Shown: positions 24,818-36,240 of the stretch, one piece after another | Position numbering within the stretch: the first letter of the stretch is position 1 | Layout: every line of letters starts with the position of its first letter | Assembly: GCA_026770705.1 (NCBI GenBank) | Contig: JANJGN010000065.1 | Span: 1,922,001 to 1,986,000 of the forward strand | Reading direction: 5' to 3' | Source: Isurus oxyrinchus | Taxonomy: Eukaryota | Length of the DNA: 64,000 nucleotides | Made by a program: the position numbers and the translations under genes | Notes under the pieces: generated by a model | What the model was told of the DNA's origin: nothing | Database searches by the model: none | The model's input: the letters and a program-made list of their open reading frames with translations, nothing else

Positions 24818-25634
24818 TGTCATGAAGAAATATTATTTTCTATACTGGAATTGGAAATTATTTTAAATTGGATTTTTTTTTTAGCCTGCCTCTGTTTGGC
24901 TCTGTGGGTCTTAATTGGATTAAAGCCTGCTAGCCTGGTTGCTTAGATGCATAGTAGGTTGGGGTGTCATTACAGTAAACGGGAGGTGTAGAAAGTAAAG
25001 GGTAACTTTGCATCAGTTGAAGAAACAATTCAAAAGAATATGTAAAATCTTGCACCAAGCCGGGAAATGCCACGCAATGTGTTTATATCACAAATTAAAT
25101 TTATGGAATGAAAATAATATTTCTAAGAGCGGTTTCTTTTTTAAACATTACAATAGAAAATTTACATTCAAAGATTAAGCTCGGTCTAGACAAAAAGGTG
25201 TTTGTTTGATCTGTCAGTGACATTTCAGATCTAATCAGTCTGTAAGTGCACAACTCTGAAAAGGAAACAAATTGAAATGAACCTAATTTAGATTTTTTAA
25301 GGTCAAATGTGTTTTGCATGGTGTCTATTTAAAATCTATCTGTTCTTATTGCCTCTGTGAAGATTTACGTGGTAGTTATTGTTGTAGGGATTCTTTTAAC
25401 TTCATTATTACGCTAGTAATTTGTAGACATGTTTATTTGTTTAATTCGTTGTTAATTTAACAAACTTTTAATTTAGTTTTACATTAAAAAATACTCTTGC
25501 AGCTTGATGGTCTTATTCATGAATTCAGCACTGCATCTGAAAAATACCTATTCAAAATATAGGTTATGATAGCTGTTCAAGTTTCCCTCCGGGATTTAAA
25601 CAATGCAATCTTTACTAACTGCAGTGCCATAAGA
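24818..25634 (+). mobile_element. Solo LTR related to the Gmr1-like element's LTRs
   Basis: Starts TGTCA and ends CATAAGA (degenerate ...TAACA). Internal similarity to 35185-35913 and 45295-46046 (ttaattggattaaagcc, gaattcag, taggttatga, ctgc..tg.cataa). Flanked by cctac / cttac (5-bp TSD, 4/5 match). Confidence 0.8.
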
Positions 25635-25639
25635 CTTAC

Positions 25640-26336
25640 CCACATGTGAACAGGTCTTCTTGGATGGCAATATATCCCTGATACTGCCTGTCCGGCAGCC
25701 ATTCAGTGTTTCAACGTGCATTTATTAGATTCAGGTGGGACCTACGACGATAAATCGGGAGTAAGTCCCGCCTCAGAGATCTGAGAGTGAAACTGACTGG
25801 CCAACTCTTCGCTAGTCCCAGTTCCGGAAGAAGTCCCCAAGGCCTTAGCCCTAGAGAAACAATAGTTTTTGGATTTCTCAGGATACGTAGGGGAGGTGAG
25901 GTTGGAGGAGGCGAAAAAAAACATATTTGGGGTGTCTGTTGAGAGGCGGGGGAGCGGAGGAACCCTGCAAGCGTGAGAGTTTTTGAGCAGTCTATCGGTA
26001 TTAAACAATGGCTGCTGATGGAACACCAGCACTCCCGTAAGTCCTCCCCCCAACACCACCACCCCCCACCCCCCACCCCCCCCCCCCCCCCCCCCCCAAA
26101 CACCCCAACTTGAAATCATCGTCTAAACAGCATTATGGCTGGGCGGAGACAAACATTAAGTTTTCAATAATTGGCCAGTTAATGGCTTCAATTGCATAAG
26201 GGTGGGTAGAACTCCCCCGCTGCGTCGTACAATTGTGTCGAGGTCTGGGCTTGCGTGAACACGTCCAGATGGTCATCTGGCAGATTTTACACTCACCACA
26301 AACACGCCGGCAGGGGGACACAAAGTTCTACCCCAT
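25640..26336. mobile_element. GC-rich non-autonomous DNA-transposon-like element with poly-C tract
   Basis: Ends aaagttctacccc (TIR-like). Contains ttggccagttaatggc motifs shared with similar islands; poly-C at 26045-26097. Confidence 0.35.
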
Positions 26337-27049
26337 GACTTGTAAACGTTTTTAGTGCCTTTGTAGCTCATACTGACGTGAAGTTAAAAAGAACAGTTGG
26401 TGACTCTATAATGATATTTTGTATCCTGATTAATAGTCCTTAAGTCATTAAAACCGTAGAAGAGGTTATTCAGTCCATCCAGATTTTGTTGGCACGCCCA
26501 GCAGCGAACCAATCGTTCCCATTCCCGAATCTATTATCAGACTCCCGCTGGTATATTTTGCATAAGCGTTTTCTAGCTTCTCACTGAAATAATTGGTTAC
26601 TCCATTTCCCGCCAAGCTCATAGGCAGGACGTTCCAACCCCTTAGTGCTAACTGCATGATAATGTTAATACCCCTTTCTCTCCAGTTCTTGTTCCTAACA
26701 GCTTAAATCTGGGCCCCTCGTTTGCAAAGTCGTCTGATGGATTGGAAACTTATTTCTCTAATGCATCTAAGCCAATCACGATCTTGCGCACTGTCATCAG
26801 ATCCCCCATCAATCTATTTTGCTTCAGGCAGAGCAACACTAGCTGCCGCAAGGAAAACTTAGAAGGAAAATGTAATATTTCTGAAACCATTCTGGTAAAT
26901 AACGTGTGCTTCCTTCCAAAGAGGCAGTTATCCTTTTCTGAGGATTAATGAACCTACCACGGAACAGTAATGCTGTTGTGGGCGAACAAAGCAACATACT
27001 CGTTCTGAATAAATTCCTTGCATTTGTACTCAATGTTTTGATAGATAAA

Positions 27050-29290
27050 GAAAGCAAAATGCGCTGATGATGGAAATCGGAAATGATAAGAGAAAATGCT
27101 GGGAAAAGACTGCAGATCTGGCAGCATCTCTGGAGGGAGAAACATAATTAAACTTTCGAGTCCGTATGACGCTTCTTTGTACATAAGAGGAGGGGAAATG
27201 TGTTGGATTTTATGTTGTTGAAGAGCTGGTGGAGCAGGTGGAGCAAGAATGAAAGTCAGGGTTTGATGACAGCTAAGGAGAAATTGACAGAAATGACACA
27301 GACACAAGACATAGTGAGTGTTAAAAGTAGTGGAAAACACTAAATAAGGTGTTGGTTGTCGCATTTAAGTAAGACCAGAACGTGTTAATGGCAAAGCAAG
27401 GGTCAGAGCTCTGTGAAATCACAACATGAAGACAAGTGATAGGTGGCACAATGGGCTTGGGGGTGAGGGTCACTGGATGTGGTGGGATGCGTAAAATGGC
27501 TAAAAAAATAGATTAATACATTTTTAAACAAAACAAATAAAAGTTAAAATGTTGGAAAAAAGAAAGAAATGTATACAAAAGACGTAAAGATGGATGACAA
27601 AGGTATGGTCTAAAGTTATTGACCTCAAATTTAATTCTGGAAGACTGAAAAGCTGCTGATCGGAAAGTGTGGTTTTGTCTGTTCAGGTTCCATTGTGCTT
27701 CGCCAGAACTTTGAAGCAGGCCGAGAATGTAGAACTGTGATGAGAGCAAGGTCATGTGTTGAAAGACAAACGGCAGAAAGTTATGTGTCATGCACATGAA
27801 ATGAGCCAAGGCATTATGCAAATCGGTCACCAATTGTGCGTTTAATCTCCCCAAAGTAGAGAAGACCACTTTTCTAGCAGCGAATACAGTTGCCCAAATT
27901 GAAGGAGGAGCTGGTGAAGCGCTCCTTCACCTGAAGGGAATCCTTGAGGTTGTGTATTAAGAAGAGAAGTGAGCTAAATGGGCTGGATTTGCATTTTCTG
28001 TGATTGCATGGGAAGATGCTCTGGGAATGGGATAATGTTTCAGGAGTGATGGAGGACTGGACCAGGTTGTCAACGTGCCAATGTTGGCGAGAGGGTGGGG
28101 GGATGGGGTGGGATGGTGAGGGAAAGACATGCTTAGTGCTGGTATTGTGATAGAGGAGGCCGAAACGCTATCAAATAAAATATCAAACCTGATGGGGTGA
28201 CAAGTGAGGACAACGAGGGCCCTTATATGCTTCCGGCAAGGAGGGGTAATAGTGAAGGCAGAGTTGGGGGAGATGAGTCAGAAATGGTTGATGACACTTT
28301 CAACCATCGTGATGTAAACATTGGTTAAGGAATAAGGAAGGCATGAGGCAAGCGCCATTATGGAAGGCAGAATCATTGGAACAGATGCAGTGGAATTGGT
28401 AGAACTGAGAGAACGGAATGTAGCCCCTGCAGGAAGTAGGATGTCAGCGGCTATAGTTGAGGTACCTGTGGAAGTCATTGGACTTGAAATGAATGTTGGT
28501 GGACATCTTATCACCAGGAATTGAAACAGAGAGGTCAAAGATGGGAAGGAAAATGTCACAGCTGGGCGACGTGAAGGTGAGACAGGGATGTAAATTGGAA
28601 GCAAAATCCATCTTCTTTTTCCAGATCCTGCTCCGACTTCCATTATTACCCAATGGAAACTGGAGGAACAACATCATATCTTCCAATTAGGCACGTTACA
28701 GCCTCGCGGATGTAACAATGATTTTGACCTCCTCCACCTTGACCAACTTTCAAAAATCGAACTTTTATTTACCTATTGAATTAATTTTTGTATTTTTTGG
28801 CAGCATAATTTTTATTTTTTCATGTCATTTTTGTTCAGTTTTAATTCTTTTTTGCAGCCTCCCTGCCCCAAAGAGCCTTCTCTTGTTTCTATGTAATTCT
28901 TTCACAGAGCACTGAACCTATTCTGCTCTTAACAGCTTCACCTTTTGTACCTTTATGCCAAACCCGGCACAGTCTTTACTCTTTCACATTTTCATTAACA
29001 CTCCATTTGTCTCACGTCCATTAAATCAAATCACTTTGTCTTTCTCTGGCATCAATCTCTTCTCAGCAGTCACCTGCCCCTGAACCTCTACCTTGCTCCA
29101 CCTGCCCCATCCCCTATTTAACTGTAGCAACTCGATCACATTTCTATTTACCTTTCGCTCTTAAGGAGAGTCAGCAGTATTCAAAATGTTAACTTTCTTC
29201 TCCTTTCCACAGATACTGCCAAAACTGTTGTGTATTTCCGGCATTTTCTGTTTTTATTTCAGATTTCCTGCATCCACAGTATTTTGCAAT
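27050..29290 (-). mobile_element. Penelope-like element, 5'-truncated, with an inverted terminal segment
   Basis: Minus strand: RT C-terminus LPIFDLSVSIPGDKMSTNIHFKSNDFHRYLNYS (about 28450-28550), GIY-YIG-like GLLYFGEIKRTIGDRFA (about 27820-27870) and a pLTR at 27050-27185. From about 28640 the 3' region and pLTR are repeated in the opposite (+) orientation up to 29290. Confidence 0.75.
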
Positions 29291-31129
29291 AACCTTTGAT
29301 TCCATTGCCTAATAATAATATATCTCCCTCTGCCTTAAAATTATTCATTGCTCCATTTCCGTCGCCTTTTGAGGCAGTGATTCCAATGTTGCACAAAATT
29401 TTGAGAGAAAAAAAAAATCTTCCTCATCTCTGTCCTCTAAGGCGACTCTTCATTGTAAAACAATGCCCCCTATCTTTGGTCTCCCCGAAAAGAGGGGGAA
29501 TAATTTCCACATCCATGGCATCAAGGAAATTCAGGATCATACATACTTCAATCTAGAAACTGTTCAAAGTTTTGAAATCCAGTGGAACAAAGCGTAGCCG
29601 ATCTAACCTTTCCTCATAAGACAGCCAATTCATTCCAAGGTATCGGAAACTGCAGGGAAATATACTGGACATTATAAAAACAATTATTGAATGTCCGGGA
29701 TGATGGACAGGCAGTGAAAGCCATGGAGTGGGAGTATACATTACCAGAATTGGAAATAAGGAAGAGTTTCTGAATTTCCATAATGGATCGGCTGATGAAT
29801 CCCATTTGAAGGAACATGCAGGTATGGGGGAAAGGGCCTCACATACGTTATGAAGGGATTTAAATAGTACTGGCATGGAAAGTCCGCAACAAACGAGCAG
29901 GGGTCGAAGCATGAAAAGGCATCACAGTGGATTAGATATCATACAGAACCATCGGGTGACTAAGATATTTTTGTGGCTGCTATTACATATGGATAAAACC
30001 ATACATGACGCTAAGGAGATATACTTAGAGAGTTGGCATGAATTTTGCGTGTATTGAAGGGTGCCAGGTGAGGGCCACCCAACATTATTTCATAAATTGT
30101 TCTGTAGAGAAATGTTCCGATCTTAGGGAGCTTATAAGGCCAACACGGGGTTAATAGTCATAAACACAGCATGTCAGCAAAGGGATCACCTTCAGGTAAA
30201 TGAGTTCCTGTAACCACGTAATGAAGAGATATGTGTGCAAATAAGACTTGGGAAGTCAATGAATGTGCGTATCATTTCACTGATACTTGCAGAGTATAAT
30301 AAATTTCAATTAGACCACTTTTGTTCAAGTGAGTTAGTCTCCAACTGAAGACAGATCGTGAATTTCTTTCTTTTTTCTGTTACCAATGCAGAAAACTCTC
30401 GCCTTCATGGTGATGCATTCTGTCAACTTTTGGTGGGATGGTAATATGGGAGATCCAAAGCACTGATGTTGATAGCAATAAATAATAACATCAGGATGGG
30501 AGGCAGGCTTCTGAGGCCTTTACATATGTGGGTTAGAAAGAAGCCAGTATCAGTTTGATGTTACCTTACGTCAACTATCATACTTAGAAATTGTTGGCCC
30601 TCTCAAAGTCAAACGTGCCGGTCCTCACAAAAATATGCAGATGCTACCAAAGCTGAGACAGAACACCACCAAACGCCAATTGGCTAATTGAACTGGCTAA
30701 GCATGCCAAAAAGACCATACACAAGCTGTTATGCCTCACAACTGAGCACTGTAATAAAACATCAACAGATTGAAGACTTTGACGCTGCTGAACAAAATAT
30801 TTAAAATCATGGTGAAGAACAGTGAGCTGAAAATTCTACCTTTAGGTCATTCTAAGAATACAAAATAATCGATGTTTTTGGTGCACCTAATGCAAACCTT
30901 TGCGAAGGGCTTTCGATTGCATCCCGTTTCTTGTTACTTCTTATGAGAGAAAGCAGCAAATGTTGCCTTTCAACTCGGAAAGCTGACAAAATGAGTCGAA
31001 TGGCAAAAACTACCCTGACTGCTGAGTTTTGCGCTCATTAAGGCAGTCGACATGGAACTATTATCATCAAATTTATTAATAGGAACTCCATATCAGGGAG
31101 ATGCGGAAGAAACCCTAATGATAGAAAAT

Positions 31130-32070
31130 CAGAATTATAGAAAACAGGAGCAGGAGCAGTCATGCGGCCTCCCAACTGCTCAAATGTTCAAACAGATCAT
31201 GGCTGATACTCGTTGTCAACGCAATACTCCAGCACACTCCCCAAATCCCATGGTGCCTTTAGAGCCTAGAATTTTTTCTAATTACTGCTTATGTATATTC
31301 AGTGACTTGGCCTCCACAAGCATCTATAGTCGGAAATTCCATAGGTTTACGACCCCCTAACTGAAATCCTCATCTCCGTCCCAAGTGCTTTACCCCGTAT
31401 CATGAAACTGTGATCTCCCAGTCAAAGCACCCCTGCATCGAGCCTGTTCAGCCCTGTCAAAGTGCGACACGTTTCAATGACATCTCCTCTGATTCTTCCA
31501 AAATCCAGAAAATACGGACCCAATCAGCCCAAACTCCCTTCATACGACAAACGTGCAACGCCAAAAATCAGTCTGTAATACCTTTGCTGCAATCCCTGTG
31601 TGCCACGTATATAATTTCTTATGTAAAGAGACCAACACTGCACACAATGCTCCAGGTGTGGTCTCATCAAGGCCCTCTTCAGCTGCAGTAAGACACCTTT
31701 GTTCCTGTACGTATGTTCTCTCAGTAATCAAGGCCAATATACCATTTGCCTTCTTAACTGCTTAATTGCTGAACCTGCAACCTTACATTCAGCAATTCGT
31801 GTATAAGGATACCCAAACCATTTTTGACATCAAAATTTCCCATTCTATCATAATTTGAATAATATTCTACCATTTTGTTTCATTTTTCCGACCGAAGTGG
31901 ATACATTCACAATTATCCATGAAATATTGCATCTGCGTTTTGACAGAAATGTTGCATTTGGACAGAATTATTCTTCCTAAAGTGTTCCCCCTATTGAGGT
32001 TGAGCTGATTGGCCAAGCATCCTGGGACTATCATCACATGCAACAACTTTTTTTTATTATTTTGAGTAAA
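31130..32070 (-). mobile_element. CR1 LINE 3' fragment
   Basis: Tail motif agaattatagaaaacaggagcaggagcagtc. Minus ORF has MQYFMDNCECIHFGRKN. Confidence 0.7.
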
Positions 32071-32569
32071 CAAACAGGTGTTGCATTTCTCCTGTCCTCT
32101 AGCCCAGCCTTTAGAAACATTGAAAGATTTGGGCAACGGCATTCACAGTTTCCACCCTTATTTACCAAAGATTTGTGGGTTTAACTCATCACCAGGGAAA
32201 AAACCAAGCATTGCATAATACATTAATAGGCAAAAATATCATTGGATCTGATACAGGCCCTCGATTGCAATTAATTAGATCTTGACACGAAATATATGCG
32301 GGTGCAAATGGGAGGAAAAAATATAATTGAGGCCTATGATGTTGCCCTGTCTTCCTGGTAAATTCAGATCTACCCCATTGTTATGTGATAGAGCATCAAT
32401 GCCCAAAGCAAGACAGATATTGAAATGGTTTGGCAAGTGATGGATGGCCATAAATGTTGCTTCCCGGTTGATGTGTTCGATTTGGAGAGGTGGGAGAGAC
32501 CATGAGGTATTTATGTTCTGATCGGGGGTTCCAAAAACCATTGATAATAGTGTAAAGCTGATCTTGTTA

Positions 32570-33440
32570 AAACAAGTGAAGGGTATTTTTTGGATAAAAG
32601 GGCAGAGAGAGGCAGAGAGGGAAAATGAAAAGAGTGCAAGCAAGAAGAAGGGTAGGTATTGGGGAAAGAAAGCGATGGAGGACGGGATTGAGGGGGATAA
32701 TCACAAAGGGAGGTTGACAAATGCAGGAGAGAAAGGTAGCGGCGAGCGATTTAGACTGGTGGCAAATGGATTCAGGAACAGAGAAATTAGGGAAGAAGAA
32801 AGAGTCGGAGATGGAAATGGATAAAGTTTAAGAAAGTTGGGAGGTGTGCTGCAGTTGGTGAAAAGAGCCCTCCAGGGACAGAGGGAGAGGGCTGAGGAAA
32901 ATCGAAGGAAGGGGAAGGTGGCAGAGGTGGAACAGCGGTGAGAATCAGAGATGGGTATGTGCTCGACGTTTTGAAGAACGAGGAAGAGGGACTGAGATAG
33001 AGATTGGCGAAGATAAGCAGAAATAGAACGAGAAAGTGAGAAATAGAGAGGCGAAGAAAATGTGTATGTGTGCGTGTGCGGGGGGAGGGGGGGTTCGTGG
33101 GGAGGGGTGGAGGCAGGGAGGGGAGAGAAAAGTAAGAGAGGGAGAGAGAACCTGACGGAGAGACATGAACACCCAGAAAGAGAGATACATATTAAGCAAG
33201 AGAAATAAGGAAAATTCAATTAAGAGACTGTGAAAAGTAAAACTAAAGCGCGGGCAAAAGTGGGAGAATCACAGAAAGGAAAAAAAAAATAATATGACAG
33301 ACATTAAGAGACAAAGGGTGCGATTGGAATGGGAGAAAGAGGGGAAGAATTAGAAATTTCGAGAATGAAAAGTAGGGAGAGGCAAGACGGTACAGAATGC
33401 GGCACAGAAAGAGAGAGAGACAGAGAGAAAGAGCTCGACA
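32570..33440 (+). repeat. Purine-rich (GA) low-complexity tract
   Basis: About 870 nt of strongly A/G-biased sequence with decayed (GA)n. Confidence 0.85.
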
Positions 33441-34124
33441 GAGTGTCAAAGACGGGATACGTTAAACATAGATGATATACACCTTATTCCATTCTTATAG
33501 TCCAAGCTTACAAGCATCTTCAAAGGTGCGTTAGAAAGCAAAGCCTTTACATCTAGTCAAAGAGAAATTAGGATTTAGAGAAAGATTTTGAGGTGCGCCC
33601 TGAATTCCACAAAACAAGGGGCTGAGAGATTGAGGAATGCAATTTTACATTCCTTACAAACATGCAGCTGAAGGCACGGCCTCCAATGGTGGAAAAATGA
33701 AAATGGAAAAGGACAAGTACCAGTAATGGAGGTTTCCAGATATCCTTAAAGGTTAAAGAGACTGCAAGGGAACACAAATCGAGTTAAGGTGTAGGTGCTT
33801 GAGGGGGTGAAAGATGGAGAGTGTTGGAGCCGCTGGAAGAACTTATAGAGGTCGGGGGCGGGAAGAGGTGCACTATTGGCTGGTAGGCTTCACAGTGATA
33901 AACTCTGTTGTAGTGCTTAGTAGGTTTACAGAGATATGGAAGAGTTAGTAGATGAAAAGTTTTGGGAGCAAGGCGACCCTGGCTCCATGTGTGACCACAC
34001 AGTCGCTCAGCCATGAACAGCGTCTTTTAAAGCTTGGGGGGAGAGGTATAAATAGAGGACAGCGATAAGGCTGGAAGGTGGCTAGGGCAATACAATAATT
34101 CGTTTCAATAAGTGAATAACAAAA

Positions 34125-34295
34125 TCAATAGATTGATCGATAGGTGTATGGATGCAAACTAAATGGGTGCGGGAAGGGTGATAGATGGCCGAAAGGATAG
34201 AATAACGGGATGAGAGAGATACAAAATCCATGGAAGAATGGACGATTAGACGGTCGGACAGACAGAAAGAGGGATGGATGGGGGATAAACAAATG
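34125..34295. repeat. Degenerate GATA/GGAT tetranucleotide repeat
   Basis: atagattgatcgataggtgtatggatg...gacagacagaaagagggatggatg. Confidence 0.6.
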
Positions 34296-34874
34296 AATAA
34301 AAGCATATTGACCAAAGGAGATTTCATCTATATGCAGCCTCTTGCTGTTATACAAACTTGTTTTCCGTTCTTTCTGAGAAGAAGCAAGGAGTTCAAAATC
34401 GTGAAAGTCTACTTTGAGGAAAGAATGTGTCTGCTGTGCTATTTTATGTTCATCAGGGAACGTTTTTACTGCCTTCCTGTCAACTTCACTTCCGGTTCAC
34501 CGAAGACCAAGTTTGTCCTTTGTCCTCTGCTCCCTGACTGCCCGCCTCCATCTGTTAATTTATTCCCCGGACTCTGCATGTTATATCTCGACATTGAAAC
34601 GCAGCCTTTTGCGTTAGAGTCTCCGCCTGCATAGTTAATAAATGTATTTTCAATGTCTGCTTAAATGTGCTCATTGAATGCAGTCCCCGGAAGTATCCCG
34701 ATGATCTTGACCCACTGCTTTTCGCTGTATCAGATAACTGTGGCACATTTTTCTTTAGTTTTTCCCGCTCACTGACCCATCTTAATTTTCGTTAACAGCT
34801 CTCCTCTGGATGCATTACTTCCGATACTGCTGCGGTTACCTCATGCCCCATGATTCTAGATATTTCAGCTGCTC

Positions 34875-35184
34875 TCAGTTCTTTTGTTCAGAAATTAATT
34901 TCTTAATCGATGTAGTGGATGATTCAGCGCGTTCTGTAACTGCACCCTGAACTAAGCCTGAGTCAACATATAAATATTTTTTTGTGCAGCAAACTTAAGT
35001 TCCACAGCATTTACGCAACATTATCATAGGTGCAAGAAAATTCATCATCTCAAGCATTTAGGACATCAAGATATCTAAAATATACACCAAAGATCGAAAC
35101 TGTGATTCTCTCGCACAGTCTGTCCCCTCAGTCTCTGGTGAACTCGGCTGGCCAATAAAATGTCTCTCGCTGTCAGAGATTTAA
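34875..35184 (-). pseudogene. GPR139-like pseudogene, 3' part of exon 2 (ICL3, TM7, C-terminus; TM6 largely deleted)
   Basis: Minus translation SLTARDILLASRVHQRLRGQTVRENHS matches VLTVRHILVASRVRKKLRGQSKG of the intact gene. Frameshifted remnants ...MLWNLS.CCTK.IYMLTQA*FRVQLQNALNHP match MLRDVSCCTNTFIYAVTQSKFREQFKRAGTYP. Confidence 0.85.
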
Positions 35185-35913
35185 TGTCAGGAAGAGGAAG
35201 TAATGATAATATCATTGGAGTTTTTCTAACATTTTTAATCGAGTATTAGTCTGTGTGTGCTAATTGGATGAAAGCCAGCGATGCTGGGTACTTTGGTGTA
35301 CCGTAGGTTTCAGATGTAAACAGGGCTGGCGGATACATTTGCATTTTGCTAAATAGAACATTCAAGAGTGCGGGTGAAATCTTGCATCTAGTTAGGAAGA
35401 CACCAAGTAATCCTTTTATTACTGATGACAATGGAACTATGAACGGATTTCAAAGGGCCTGGTCATACAATGAAAATTTGCATTCAGAAAGAAAGGCTAG
35501 GTTTAGCAGAAGGGTGAACCCATGTGCATCACAGAGACGTGTAAGTTGAAAATTTGTAAGATTAAAACTATTAGTATTGGAACCAAACAGTAGGGAACTA
35601 CATTTCGAATTCGTCTGGTGAAAATGCTCCGCCTAGTGTCTGCTTAAGTCTATTGGTTATTGTTTCCTTGGGAATTTGTTTAAAATTGAAAATAGAAATG
35701 TGTAGACATGTGTATGTGTTTAATACCTTTTTTGCAAAACAATACAAGTTTAATTTAGTTTGATATAGAGACGTCTGGGGGTTTGGCGGGTTCATTTATG
35801 AATTCAGAGTTCCATATCAAATATTCCAATTGAAAACATCGGTTATGACGGTTGTTGGAAGTTGTCCCCTCGGATTTTAAATAATAGTCTTTTAAAACTG
35901 CTATGGCATAACA
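35185..35913 (+). repeat. 5' LTR of the Gmr1-like element
   Basis: TG...CA termini; collinear with 45295-46046. Confidence 0.85.
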
Positions 35914-35919
35914 ATTTTG

Positions 35920-36240
35920 AACTGTTGAGGTATACAGCAATTTTGTCTGATATAATGTGGTCAACCTAGTGGGTGGAAGCTTTTCCGACCAGATCAAACA
36001 CATCCAAAATTATTGCGAAATTTATTTTAGAGAAAGTGTTTACACGTTATTTTAGTAAAATGGGTACAACAACTAGCAGAAACTGTACAAGAAGCAAATT
36101 ATGTAACTGCTCACCGACAGGGAAAGAAGAAACAGCAAAGCAAGGCTTATTTCGATGCAAAAGCTAGCCTGATAGAGTTGAGCCCCGGACAACGAGTAAT
36201 GATTAGTATGCATCAACCAACCTCATTCTTGAGTCCAAAT
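35920..36240 (+). pseudogene. Inverted integrase fragments of the retrovirus-like element
   Basis: Plus strand reads WVEAFPTRSNTSKIIAKFILEKVFTR (similar to the minus-strand core at about 36575-36640). It is fused to ILVKWVQQLAETVQEANYVTAHRQGKKKQQSKAYFDAKASLIELSPGQRVMISMHQPTSFLSPN (36049-36240), an integrase C-terminal region. Confidence 0.75.

Noticed and set aside
32701-33219. 172-aa minus-strand ORF and overlapping ORFs
   Set aside because: Artefact of a CT-rich low-complexity tract; Leu/Ser/Pro/Phe-biased with no domain.
35914-36240. Possible env remnant of the provirus
   Set aside because: It translates as integrase pieces; no signal peptide, furin site or TM helix is visible.
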